A stretch of DNA of 64,000 nucleotides from Dendrobates tinctorius (lineage: Eukaryota): assembly GCF_039654945.1 (NCBI RefSeq), contig NW_027361863.1, positions 12,400,001 through 12,464,000 on the forward strand, read 5' to 3'. The position numbers were made by a program, and so were the translations under genes. The notes under the pieces are model-generated. The model was not told the origin of the DNA, did no database searches, and saw only the letters and a program-made list of their open reading frames with translations. Of the stretch, positions 40,288 to 53,150 are shown piece after piece (positions within the stretch are counted from its first letter, which is position 1; each line of letters starts with the position of its first letter).

Positions 40288-40722
40288 CATAGAATCATAG
40301 AATCGTAGAGTTGGAAGGGACCTCCTGGGCCATCTGGTCCAACCCCCTGCTCAAAGCAGGATTCGCTAAATCATCCCAGACAGATGTTTGTCCAGCCTCT
40401 GTTTGAAGACTTCCATTGAAGGAGAACTCACCACCTCTCGTGGCAGCCTGTTCCACTCATTGATCACTCTAACTGTCAAAAAGTTTTTTCTAATATCTAA
40501 TCTGTGTCTCCTCCCGTTCAGTTTCATCCCATTGCTTCTAGTCTTTCCTTGTGCAAATGAGAATAAAGATGATCCTTCTACAATGTGACAGCCCTTTAGA
40601 TATTTGTAGACAGCTATTAAGTCTCCTCTCAGTCTTCTCTTCTGCAAGCTAAACATTCCCAAATCCTGCAACCTTTCCTCATAAGACAGGGTTTGCAGAC
40701 CGGTCACCATTCTGGTCGCTCT
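40288..40722 (-). mobile_element. CR1 LINE 3' fragment
   Basis: ORF 40366-40710 ([31 protein letters not shown]...WNRLPREVV); CATAGAATCATAGAAT tail. Confidence 0.95.
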
Positions 40723-40984
40723 TTGAATCTGTTGAAGTTTAAGGATAACTTTGAAACGCGTTGACTTGTAACCATTTGATAAATTCCATTTATGAATACA
40801 CCGTGTCCTGGAAATCCATCAGCAGCACTCCTTTTCCTGGAACAGCAACTCACCTGCTCTTACACAGCCTTCACTGCAGCTGCCCTGTACTTTTTCGTGT
40901 TTTGCCACCTCACAAACTGGAATTTCACTGTTTTTTTGAGGGTTTGCATCAGCTCATGTAAAGAACATTCCAACAACTGTGGAC

Positions 40985-42844
40985 CCTGGGTTTTCTATTT
41001 TTTTGTGAAGCAAACAACAAATTTGACAAAATAACTGAAAACTTCAGCATGCATAACTATTCACTCCCCTAAAGTTAGTACTTTGTAGAGCCTCCGTTTG
41101 CGGCACTTACAGCTGCAGCATGGTTTGGGTCATTGTCTTGTTGGAAGGTGAACCTTAGTCCCAGTTTCAAATCACTGACAGACTGAAGCAGGTTTTGCTC
41201 AAAAACATCCCTGTATATCGCACCATCCATCTTCCCCTTTACTCAGACCATTTTCCCTATCCCTGCTGCTGATAACCATCCCCACGGCATTATGCTACGA
41301 CCACCATGTTTAACTGTGGGGATGGCGTTTTTGAGTATTGAGCTGCATTGGTTTGGTGCCAGACACAGCAATTACCTTGGTGGCCAAAAAGTTCAATTTT
41401 AGTATCACCTGAGCACAGGACCGTCTTCCTTACATTTGACCTTCTCACATGTCTCTTGGCAAACTCAAAGTGAGCCTTAAAATTTTTGTGTAAGCAAAGG
41501 CTTTTTTTTGCCAACTCTTTCATAAAAGCCTTCTCTGTGGAGTGTACTGCTTATTGTGGTCATATGGACAGATACTCCAGCCTCTGCTTGGGAACTCTGC
41601 AGATCCTTTAAGGTTACCTTTGGTTTCTGTGCTGCCTCTCTGATTAATGTTCTCCTTGCCCGGGCTGAGAGTTTTGGTGGCTGCCCTCTCTTGGCAGGTT
41701 TGTTTTGGTACCATGTTCTTTCCATTTGATGATCATGGATTTGATGGTGCTTTTGGGGGATCATCAGAGACTGGGATATTTTTTTTTTTTATAACCCAAC
41801 CCTGACTTGTACTTCTCAACAGCTTTGTACCTGACTTGTTTGGAGATCTCCTGGTCTTCTTGGTGTTGTTTGAAGATCTCCTGGTCTTCATGGTATTGTT
41901 TGGCGATCTCCTTGGTCTTCATGGTGTTGTTTGGAGATCTCCATGGTCTTCATAGTATTGTTTGGAGATCTTGTTGGTCTTCATGGTGTTGTTTGGAGAT
42001 CTCTTTGGTCTTCATGGTGTTGTTTGGAGATCTCCTTGGTCTTCATGGTATTGTTTGGAGATCTTGTTGGTCTTCATGGTGTTGTTTGGAGATCTCCTTG
42101 GTCTTCATGGTGTTGTTTGGAGATCTTGTTGGTCTTCATGGTGTTGTTTGGAGATCTTGTTGGTCTTCATGGTGTTGTTTGGAGATCTCCTTGGTCTTCA
42201 TGGTATTGTTTGGAGATCTTGTTGGTCTTCATGGTGTTCTTTGGAGATCTCCTTGGTCTTCATGGTGTTGTTTGGAGATCTTGTTGGTCTTCATGGTGTT
42301 GTTTGGAGATCTCCTTGGTCTTCATGGTGTTGTTTGGAGATCTCCTTGGTCTTCATGGTATTGTTTGGAGATCTTGTTGGTCTTCATGGTGTTGTTTGGA
42401 GATTTTCTTCGTCTTCATGGTGTTGTTTGGAGATCTCCTTGGTCTTCATGGTGGTGTTTGGTTAGTGGTGCCTCTTGTTAATGGTGCTGCAGCCTCTGTG
42501 GCCTTTCAGAAAAGGTAAAGTGTATATACTGACAGACGTGCGATACTCGGATTGCACATGAGGACGTCCTGTTACTAAGTATGTGAATTATGAAGGTAAT
42601 TGTTTGCATCAGAGATTTTTAGGGGCTTCACAGCAAAAGGGGTGAATACATATGCACATGCCAATGTTTAGTTATTTGATCCCATAAATTTAATTTATGC
42701 CTTGATTTTTCTCACTTCAACAGCCTAGACTATTTTGCGCTGATGCACCACACACAGATTGGAGTACAAAAATATTTAAACACGGGTTTTAATAGAACAA
42801 AATAGGTAAAAAGCCAGAGGGGTGAATACTTTTGCAAGCCACTG
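40985..42844 (-). mobile_element. Decayed Tc1 transposon (family C) with an internal deletion and a minisatellite expansion
   Basis: Terminal CAGTGGCTTGCAAAAGTATTCACCCC plus TA at 42844; transposase remnants (KLSARARRTLIREAAQKPKVTLKDLQ, DTKIELFG). Confidence 0.85.
41835..42455 (+). repeat. 31-bp minisatellite (GTTGTTTGGAGATCTCCTTGGTCTTCATGGT), about 20 copies
   Basis: Tandem units; the reverse complement encodes the Tc1 N-terminus MKTKEISKQ. Confidence 0.95.
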
Positions 42845-45800
42845 TATAGCGGGTAACAAATTTCATTGATGTCAATGATATGAATTACTCCCCTGTGACC
42901 ACATGAGGCCAAGCACTGCCCTTAGCACAAGAAGAACTGAAGACTGGCACCGAGGACCAGAAAGCTGTAGAGATGAAAGGACAAGTGAGGGCCAAGGACA
43001 GGGGAATATAATGTCATTTTAATCAATTCCCTCTGCTCTGTAAATTATGTTTTGGAGTCTGGAGAATGAAAAAGTGACTTTTCACTCCAACTGGAGCACT
43101 TTTAGTTGGACAATTTTTTGCAGACTGAATCCAATCTGCCAATCAAATCGAGCGACAAAACACATTTTTGGAGATTTTTTCACCTCTAATCAGAGGCCAT
43201 GACGTTGCTTCTTGGCCATCACTGCAATCACTGATCACCTGTGATTGTCAGGGGAAGCTCAAGATGCTCCACCTTTTTTTTCTGCAGTGACCACTACAGG
43301 GGTATTGCGGTACTGCATCTTAGCTTTTTAAATTAAAGGGGTCATTCAGTAAAATAAAAAATTAATTGTGTTCCTAATCTAAAGAATAAAGATATAGAAC
43401 TTGCAATATACTAAGCTCCAATTGCTGCTGTTTAGCCACTTAAATGCTGCCATCAATTTTTAACAGTGGCCTTTTGGTGGCACAATTCTATTTAATGTAA
43501 ACAAAGGGAGCTGATAGCTTGAAATGTCATCCACAACCAAGTCAGATTGACCTTCATAAGAAACTGTAATATTTACTATAGATATATATTTCAATTGGGA
43601 AATTGACTTTTTAGGATCACTGCTTCCGATAGGTGGCGCTAGAGTTCTAGTCCTCTTCCTAGTCAGCTCCAGCGACTGTGAATAGCGGTAAAGTTACTGC
43701 TATTCACAGTCGTTGGGTGCTGATGACAATGCTCTTCTGTGTCACCGGCTCCCGCTGCACTTTGTGAGACCCAGCAACGCTGATGAGCGTATGGAAAAAA
43801 AAAACGGACGTCTTAATGCAACCTTACCCTGCAAAACGTAAGCCCCCTTTGACTCATGGTTTTTCTTTTCACATGTTTCTGGTTGGGGACATTGGGATAG
43901 TGATGAGCTTAGACACACAGGTAATCCTGGTTAATATTAATCTACATTAATTTATGGTCACATTTGATGGGTGGACATGTGACCCACTGGTGAGACAACA
44001 ACCCCACGTGGCTTTCAGTAGTCACCCTCTTGGGGACTAAGACTTTCCTAATGCGCCTTATGGTTTAGGGACTCTAAATTTAAGAATTGATGTCACTATT
44101 ATAATCCCTTATTGTTCCTATGTATTATTTATAGTGATAATATATTGGTCTTATATATCTATAATGAATTATTCTTTATATTCTTTAATACCAATGCGCA
44201 ACTTATATACTGTAAGACTTTATTGCCACCATGTGTCCAATTTAGTAACTGCAGGTTCTCGAATGCTTATTTTTGGAACATAGTCACTAAATTCCACAGG
44301 ATAGCAGAAGTTCTGCAAAATTAATGAAATGTTTTATTCTTCAAGTTTTGTATTTAAGCCCCCCACCTAAAAAAAATTACAGATTAAAATGCTAAATATT
44401 TACAGTTTCGATGTCTAGCATAAAAGTAGAAATAAAAATACTAATGCTAATATGAGGGATTACAAAAGACACTTACTTATTGGCTGCAAGTCCAATTCGG
44501 TGTGTCCGGGTGGTCTCAAGATCCCTTAAATTCCATGTAAATTGTATCAGTCACAGAAGGCTGACATGTCCTCAGTCGCCGCTGCACGGGCTTCCCCATA
44601 ATGTTTTGCAGCTATCACATCACTGATATAGAGCAGGCAATCAGGAGAGACTATCACAGCCTGTATAAAAGCTGAGACAGGGAATGAAGCAGCCTAATAG
44701 AGGTTCAATTGATAGAAGGAGAGGACGATAAAGAAAGGTGCCAGCAGCATTGCTAGATGCAGTGATTGATCAGTGGCATGATGTAGCTGTCTTGCTGCAT
44801 TTGAATTATGCAGGTTTTTTTTCATTGCTTAAAACAAGAAAGCAGAAGCAAGGCAGCACAATATTTCTTAAAGAGATGAAAATCTAAACTCAGTGTCTGG
44901 CAGAGAAAGTGTGCTTGTCACAAGTGAGTTTTTCAGTTGTTTCTCAATCCTTTAGGGTAAGAAGGAAATAATTTTGTTTAAAAAAATAAATAAATAAAAA
45001 TCCGGACATTCCGCGGTCTACCTCAAAAAGTGTGCTTCTGACAAAATATTCAAAATTTTTGGCTCACCTGTTTTAATACACAAATTTGCATCCTTATATG
45101 TCACACTAATACTGCGGCTTGTTGCCGTGTTTAGCTTTTCAGATGTATACCTAACATTGTACCTAACATTTTTTGTTCAGACTTTTTGGGGAAATGATGG
45201 GAATAATTGTGCTAAAAACATGTATCATTTTTGTTAATGAATTCAGACATTCAACAGTGACTGAGTATTTTGCACATTTGCTTTTTAGTAGTAAAATTTG
45301 ACACCAGTAGATGCCACACCAATACTGTGGTCTGTTGCTCCATTTGGCCTTTTGTACATGTACCCAACTAGCAGATCTTGTCCAGTCCTATTTTGGAAGT
45401 GGTGTATAATTTGGATGGAAATAGTGACAAAAGTCAATTATAGTGTAGTAAAAAATGCATATTAAAAGAAAAAGTGTCACTGTGAGACAGATCAAGGGAC
45501 TGTAAAAGAAAAATAAAACTGTACCAAAGCCAAGAATGTGGGAGCCACAAGCAGCAGCAAGATCACCTCTGGCAACAGGGGCATTAGTACTACCAAAGGC
45601 AGCACATAAATAGCCTTCTTTGCATCCAGGAACCATATCAATAGGAAGGAAGGGAGGGATATTATGGAATTTATGGCACATCAATCGTCTCAGTTCCAAC
45701 AAGAAAATATTACCTCTGACAGAGACACCGTCAGTTTTCTGCACAGAATCCGATTGTTGTAACAGTCAAACTTTTACAATGAGGACATTCAATTCCGTCA

Positions 45801-47029
45801 GTCATACCTGCTTCTGTTTTGCCCATTAGTACCCCTATCTACCAGCACTCCAGAGGCTTAAGAAGATATTTCACAACATTATCTTTTCCAGTTGATTTAT
45901 TGGATGAGATGAACAGATGGTGTTTGTGTGAGAGATGTAGTCTGGAATGTCACATTCCTACCCCTGAAGACACCAATCACTTCATCTGAATAGCGTCATG
46001 TGCCGAGGTTCTCCCACTGCACAGGGGGAATCTCAAGCCATGTTCTCTGCAGTCTCCCATTCCTTTACAGCTGCAGAGGTTCCTGCTCAGTAGAGATGTC
46101 GGTCCCAGCGTCTTGCCCAGGCTAATGTTAGGCATCTGGTTGCTACTCCAGGCTCAGCTATTGTACCATGCATGAGTCAGCAGCGAGCAGACGCTCCTGG
46201 GACTAAGTCCTGCTTTTCTCCTACTGAGCATGCCCGTGGGACGACCTCTCATTGGAGGTCAGAGGTCATATGCTCAGGTCCTATTGCTGCTCAGATTGGG
46301 CCATCAGGAAGGTCCCGGAAGGCTGCGTCTATAAAAGGATCGCACGACCGCACGGCCGTGCGATAATATGGACAAAGATTAGACGATGTGAAGTAAGTGT
46401 CGTATGCGTGTATGAATGTCTCTGGTGAATGACTCATTAAGAAACCCCTACCCTTGGTACGCATGTGTTGTGCAGCCTAGCCTGTTAAGTGCCTAGGTCT
46501 AGGTGTAGGTAGAGACCAGGGCCGGACTGGGACTAAAATTCAGCCCTGGCATTTGAAGTTACACAGGCCCACTAGTCACATGGTGACTATATAATATCTT
46601 TGTACACTTGTAGTTTACAAGAAGTGAGAGGAGATTAACACGACTATATAACATGTAGTCACAGCTGTGCCCAGTATTTCAGCTCAGTCCTATTTATTGC
46701 TTTTAGGTACAGTACTCCTCCCAAATCTCTGTACCCTTTTGTATGCATGATTACAGAATTCCTGGCAGAACTGCTCTCTATTGGGCAACCAGACCCACTG
46801 GTCATAACCGCCCCTATCATACCTCCCAACTTTTGAAGAAGGGAAAGATGTACAAAGACTGCGGCGCGCAAAGCGCGCCGCTGTAAATTTTGGCCACGCC
46901 CAGCCACACCCATTTCACAACTAGTCACACCCATGTCCACACCTAATCGCACCCAATTAGCACTGCTGATCACACTGACTGGTACTGAGGGCACAGTGGC
47001 TGGCATTATGGGCACACTGACTGGCACTA

Positions 47030-47612
47030 AGGAAGAGAGAAAACAGAGAGAGAGAAAAAAGAAAACAGAGAGCGAGAAAGAAAGGGGAAAGAAAGAAAGA
47101 AAGAACAGTGAGAGACAAAGAAAGATCAGTGAGAGACAGAGAAAGAACAGAGAGAGAAAGAAAGANNNNNNNNNNNNNNNNNNNNNNNNNNNNNNNNNNN
47201 NNNNNNNNNNNNNNNNNNNNNNNNNNNNNNNNNNNNNNNNNNNNNNNNNNNNNNNNNNNNNNNNNNNNNNNNNNNNNNNNNNNNNNNNNNNNNNNNNNNN
47301 NNNNNNNNNNNNNNNNNNNNNNNNNNNNNNNNNNNNNNAGAGAGAGAAAAAAGAAAGAACAGAGAGAGAAAGAAAGAACAGAGAGAGAAAGAAAGAAGTA
47401 AAGAAAAGAAAGAAAGAACAGAGAGAAAGAGAGGAAAGAAAAAGAAAGAAAGAGGGGAAGAAAGAACAGAGAGAGAAAAAAGAAAGTTTAGAGAGAAAGA
47501 AAGAACAGAGAGAGAAAGAAATAACAGAGAGAGAAAGAAAATGAGGGAAAGACAGAACAGAGAATGAAAGAACAGAGAAAGAAAGAAAAAGAGAGAAAGA
47601 AATAAAGAAAGA
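47030..47612 (+). repeat. AG-rich low-complexity tract containing an assembly gap (N 47166-47338)
   Basis: Purine-only repeats on both sides of 173 Ns. Confidence 0.95.
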
Positions 47613-47934
47613 TTCTACAAAGATACTATAGCAGCCCGGCTCCCATTGTAGTGCCCACCTGAGCCTCCCGGTGCAGGACCTATCATGATCCGCTCACATG
47701 GCCGGCATCCCCGATTCCAAGGCGATCCTGCTGTCTGCGCTGTCGGAGGAGGACACGGTGATGGATCTGAAGCATTCCTGGTTCCGTCACAATCTCCTCA
47801 AGAAATTATCTCATTTCCCGTCAGCTTCCAGCATATCACTTCAGGTGGAACGTCATGTGTGTGTTTTAAAATGCTCCTCGGGGCTCCGCTGTGTACTCCT
47901 GTATCCATGGGAAAAACCCGCTTTGTATGCTTTG

Positions 47935-49100
47935 TACACACTTGGCTCCGCTCCGTACATCCCGTACACATATGGCTCCACTTCATACACACACGGCTCC
48001 ACTCCGACCACCTCATACACGCGCGGCTCCTCTCCGTACACCTCGTACACACGGCTCCGCTCCGTACACGCGTGGCTCCGCTCCGTACACCTCGTACACA
48101 CACGGCTCCTCTCCGTACACCTCGTACACACACGGCTCCTCTCCGTACACCTCGTACACACGGCTCCGCTCCGTACACCCCGTACACATGCGGCTCCGCT
48201 CCGTACACCTCGTACACACGGCTCCGCTCCGTACACCTCGTACACACGGCTCCGCTCCGTACACCTCGTACACACACGGCTCTGCTCCGTACACCTCGTA
48301 CACACGGCTCCGCTCCGTACACCTCGTACACACGCGGCTCTGCTCCGTACACCTCGTACACACGGCTCCGCTCCGTACACCTCATACACCCACGGCTCCG
48401 CTCCGTACACCTCGTACACCCACGGCTCCGCTCCGTACACCTCGTACACCCACGGCTCCGCTCCGTACACCTCGTACACACACGGCTCCGCTCCGTACAC
48501 CTCGTACACACGGCTCCGCTCCGTACACCTCGCACACACACGGCTCCACTCCGTACACCTCGTACACACGGCTCCTCTCCGTACACCTCGCACACACGGC
48601 TCTGCTCCGTACACCTCGTACACACGGCTCCGCTCCGTACACCTCGTACACCCACGGCTCCGCTCCGTACACCTCGTACACCCACGGCTCCGCTCCGTAC
48701 ACCTCGTACACCCACGGCTCCGCTCCGTACACCTCGTACACACACAGCTCCGCTCCGTACACCTCGTACACACACGGCTCTGCTCCGTACACCTCGCACA
48801 CACACGGCTCCGCTCCGTACACCTCGTACACACGGCTCCTCTCCGTACACCTCGCACACACGGCTCTGCTCCGTACACCTCGTACACCCACGGCTCCGCT
48901 CCGTACACCTCGTACACACGGCTCCTCTCCGTACACCTCGTACACACGGCTCCTCTCCATACACCTCGTACACACGGCTCCTCTCCGTACACCTCGCACA
49001 CACACGGCTCTGCTCCGTACACCTCGTAAACTCACGGCTCCGCTCCGTACACCTCGTACACACACAGCTCTGCTCCGTACACCTCGCACACACACGGCTC
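47935..49100 (+). repeat. 28-30 bp CpG-rich minisatellite (CACGGCTCCGCTCCGTACACCTCGTACACA)n
   Basis: About 40 tandem units inside the hAT element. Confidence 0.95.
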
Positions 49101-49474
49101 ATCTCATGCTAAGGCGAGGATGGGGTGCGTGGGGGGGGCGTGGTGGCTTATCTCCCTGCAGTGCGGGAGGAACTTGAAACCATCACTGCCATGCCCGCAG
49201 AGGGCCGGCGGCAGGAGCAACAGTGGCCGCAGCAGCTGGCAAGCGGCCAGATGATCGGGCGCTGCCGCCCGCGGCCCACGTGACAGCGGCCCAGCGGGAA
49301 AATGTCCGGTTGGTTATATTGCCAATCCGGGCCTGGTAGAGACAGAGTCAGAGACTCGAATCAGTGTCCACCGGTGGTTCTACACGCCACGGTGCATGTG
49401 CTCGACACTCCACCATAGTCAGTGTCTATCGTGGTGTCCGCAGGTGCGACGCCACGTGCTCAGAAGGTCTAGAG

Positions 49475-51605
49475 CAGGGGTCCCCAACCGCCGGTCCGCG
49501 GCCCAGCACCGGGCCGCTGCAGTGCCCTTGCCGGTCCGCGGACACAAGGGGAGCCAGGGGCGGTCAGTGGCGTAGCGGGGGCTGGGGCGGCGCGCAGCAG
49601 TTCTTAGCGGCAGCCAGGGAGCGATCCAAGCAGCTCCGCTGCCTGCAAGAGGGAATAGCAGGAGCGGAGCTGCAAGGACCCGTCCAGCTTCCTGCCCGCC
49701 GCCCGCGCTTCCTGTCTCTGACTGACACAGAGAGGAGAGCGCGGCCGCTGCTGTGTCAGAGCGAGGAAGCGCGGGCGATGCTGCGACTGGTGAGAGGAGA
49801 GAGGTGGTGTGTGTGTATGTCTGTCTGTGTGTGTACATGTATGTCTGTGTGTGTGTGTTGGTCTGTGTTTGTGTAGCCTGGCCCTGGAGGAGATGGGGAC
49901 ATGAGGAGAAGGCCATGAGGGGAGTGATGGAGAGACAGCAGTGATGGGGTGAAGGCAATGATGGGGAGAAGGGAGTGATGGGGAGAAGGGAGTGATGGGG
50001 AGAAGGGAGTGATGGGGTGAAGGCAATGATGGGGAGAAGGGAGTGATGGGGTGAAGGCAATGATGGAAAGATGGCAATGATGGAGAGAAGGGAGTGATGG
50101 GGTGAAGGCAATGATGGGGAGAAGGCAATGATGGAGAGAAGGGAGTGATGGGGTGAAGGCAATGATGGGGAGAAGGGAGTGATGGGGTGAAGGCAATGAT
50201 GGAGAGAAGGCAATGATGGGGAGAAGGGAGTGATGGGGTGAAGGCAGTGATGGAGAGACAGCAGTGATGGGGTGAAGGCAATGATGGGGAGAAGGGAGTG
50301 ATGGGGAGAAGGGAGTGATGGGGAGAAGGGAGTGATGGGGAGAAGGGAGTGATGGGGTGAAGGCAATGATGGGGAGAAGGGAGTGATGGGGTGAAGGCAA
50401 TGATGGAAAGATGGCAATGATGGAGAGAAGGGAGTGATGGGGTGAAGGCAATGATGGGGAGAAGGCAATGATGGAGAGAAGGGAGTGATGGGGTGAAGGC
50501 AATGATGGGGAGAAGGGAGTGATGGGGTGAAGGCAATGATGGAGAGAAGGCAATGATGGAGAGAAGGGAGTGATGGGGTGAAGGCAATGATGGGGAGAAG
50601 GCAATGATGGAGAGAAGGGAGTGATGGGGTGAAGGCAATGATGGGGAGAAGGCAATGATGGGGAGAAGGGAGTGATGGGGTGAAGGCAATGATGGGGAGA
50701 AGGGAGTGATGGGGTGAAGGCAATGATGGGGAGAAGGCAATGATGGAGAGAAGGGAGTGATGGGGTGAAGGCAATGATGGAAAGATGGCAATGATGGAGA
50801 GAAGGGAGTGATGGGGTGAAGGCAATGATGGGGAGAAGGGAGTGATGGGGTGAAGGCAATGATGGAAAGATGGCAATGATGGAGAGAAGGGAGTGATGGG
50901 GTGAAGGCAATGATGGGGAGAGGGGAGAGATGGGGTGAAGGCAATGATGGGGAGAAGGGAGTGATGGGGTGAAGGCAATGATGGGGAGAAGGGAGTGATG
51001 GGGTGAAGGCAATGATGGAAAGATGGCAGTGATGGGGTGAAGGCAATGATGGAAAGATGGCAGTGATGGGGTGAAGGCAATGATGGAGAGAAGGGAGTGA
51101 TGGGGTGAAGGCAATGATGGGGAGAGGGGAGTGATGGGGTGAAGGCAATGATGGGGAGAAGGGAGTGATGGGGTGAAGGCAATGATGGGGAGAAGGGAGT
51201 GATGGGGTGAAGGCAATGATGGGGAGAAGGGAGTGATGGGGTGAAGGCAATGATGGGGAGAAGGGAGTGATGGGGTGAAGGCAATGATGGGGTGAAGGCA
51301 ATGATGGGGAGAGAGGAGTGATGGGGTGAAGGCAATGATGGGGAGAGGGGAGTGATGGGGTGAAGGCAATGATGGGGAGAAGGGGGTGATGGAGCACTCA
51401 TTCAAAACCTATGGTGAGTTGAGTCACATTATAAATGTTATTTAATTATAAGTATGCACTGCTACACTACAACCGTGTCCATAGCCCTGCCCCCTTATGA
51501 CCAAAGCCCCGCCCCTGCCACACCTCCATCCCCGCCCTGCCGGGCCATGGAAGAATGGTCTTGCTTGAAACCGGTCCCTGGTGCAAAAAAGGTTGGGGAC
51601 CACTG
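49475..51605. mobile_element. Non-autonomous hAT-Charlie-like element
   Basis: Perfect 8-bp TSD GTCTAGAG (49467-49474, 51606-51613); TIRs CAGGGGTCCCCAACC / GGTTGGGGACCACTG. Confidence 0.9.
49915..51395 (+). repeat. Purine-rich 17-bp-unit minisatellite (GATGGGGTGAAGGCAAT / GATGGGGAGAAGGGAGT)
   Basis: Alternating 17-mers; source of the 549-660 aa PSPHH ORFs. Confidence 0.95.
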
Positions 51606-52559
51606 GTCTAGAGGGACTCTGACCCCGTGTCCTTGGGGCAGAGTTCTGTGACTGCATTCTGTGCGCCCCCTTGCCGAGCTCTGTGAGTTCTAACAGACTA
51701 CGGCATTTAAGTTCCGCAGTACTGCGACTCTGTGACGTAACAGAGTCCGCTCCTGTTCACACCGGGTGACGTTAACCCAAGTGTGACCTTTTGTGTACCG
51801 CTATATACATCCACCATTACTAAGCAGCAGTTTACCACCCCTGCATGGTGGACCCCGGGCTGCGAACGCACCTTACTATCATTTTATTATTTGGTGCGTT
51901 CCGCCAGCCCTAACATCATATATATAAATATATACATGTACACACAGTGTTATGTGAAGTGTAAGCCATGTGTTGTGGTCTTTAAATGTGTTAGGTAGTC
52001 ATGTGATATAATGTGTAGGTAATGTAAAGGTTACGCAGAATAAGTATAGGGAAAGACAGAGTGTAATAAGTATTGTTACTATAATATGCATAGTGTGTAG
52101 TGTAAGCAAGTTCTGCCCAGCAACAGACAGCTGGGTCAGAAGTAGTTAAGTGTTGGGACTAGCCCACAGGGGAAGGGCTTAGTCATAGAGACAGTATTGA
52201 GCTCCTGGAGAGAGTTAGATAGAGTTTGGAAGAGTTTGGAGAGTAACAAGTGTGAAGTGCTGCCAAGGGTGAGCTACAGCTTTAAGAGACTGGAATGAGG
52301 AATAGCAAGTTCCCAAAGAGAGTTACTGACAAGACAGAGTGACCTTCCAGAATGCGTTATCGGATAAGCCGCCCAGTCATGAGAAACCGAGAGCCAATGC
52401 CATTGGATAAAGTCGGCCTGCACGGGCGTAAGGCCCACACAACACTAACACCAACACCCTGCCGGGACCCACTCCTTCATGTAGCATGCCAGGGCGTCAC
52501 AGGAGAAGACCAGTGCCTTGCCAACGGCTACCACCCGGCTCCACGGTACATTTGTAGTT

Positions 52560-53150
52560 AGAAGAAGTGGAACCAGATGAAAGACATGATTGAAATGCCT
52601 AGTTATATTGGTTTGTGGCACAATGAGTTTGGTCAAATCTACAGATGGGAATCAGGAAGGGACGCAGGGAGCTCAAGACATTTCCCAGACTGAGACAATT
52701 GTGAGTGTAGTCAGTGATGGTGATGATTATGTGGTGGACAAGACCTGGGAGCCATGTCAGGGTGGTGAGGAGGTGGCGATGTCATCAGAGGTGGAAAGTT
52801 GTGCAATCGTCAGTAAAGCGTGAAGACTATGTCTGGCCAAAAGATCTGCTTTTTGTGCTATTGGCAGAGGAGAGTCAACAAAACCTGAATTCTCTGTCCG
52901 TGTTTGTGTTGATGGTGAGTCGTATCTGAGAGTATCTCTGGTGTAGAAATGTTTTCTTTCTTATCCATTGCATTGTGCAGGCTCTCCAGTAGGAAAATAA
53001 GTGGTGGGCATCTTGGCCCATACATATTAGGAACTACAGGTTTCCATGGGCATATATATCGGAAACACCTGCTCTTTAGAGAAAAGCAAGCCAGCCAGTG
53101 GAATGAGCAAGGCTCAAGCCGACCTCCTACCCTTCTCCTCGTGACCAGGG
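52560..53150 (+). pseudogene. hAT transposase relic, N-terminal acidic region and BED zinc-finger remnant
   Basis: DDYVVDKTWEP and IALCRLSSRKISGG...GTTGFHGHIYRKH resemble a degenerate BED finger. Confidence 0.5.

Larger units (their letters stand above)
46517..49335. mobile_element. Non-autonomous hAT element
   Basis: Perfect 8-bp TSD GTAGAGAC (46509-46516, 49336-49343); TIRs CAGGGCCGGACTGG / CCAATCCGGGCCTG. Confidence 0.9.
46001..51915 (+). mobile_element. Solo LTR (about 950 bp net) interrupted by two hAT elements
   Basis: TG...CCCTAACA termini; TSD TCATG/TCATA; TATAAAA box at about 46330; colinear with the uninterrupted copy at about 61854-62796. Confidence 0.75.

Noticed and set aside
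41807-42518. Hydrophobic repeat ORFs
   Set aside because: Antisense translation of the 31-bp array.
45960-46000. CTGAAGA...GAATAGCGTC as another hammerhead
   Set aside because: No stem II pairing and no GAAA; too degenerate to call.
47685-51405. ORFs of 389-660 aa
   Set aside because: Products of minisatellites inside hAT elements, open in several frames or on both strands.
51950-52550. Possible additional solo LTR
   Set aside because: TG..CA candidates exist but no TSD could be matched; boundaries unsupported.
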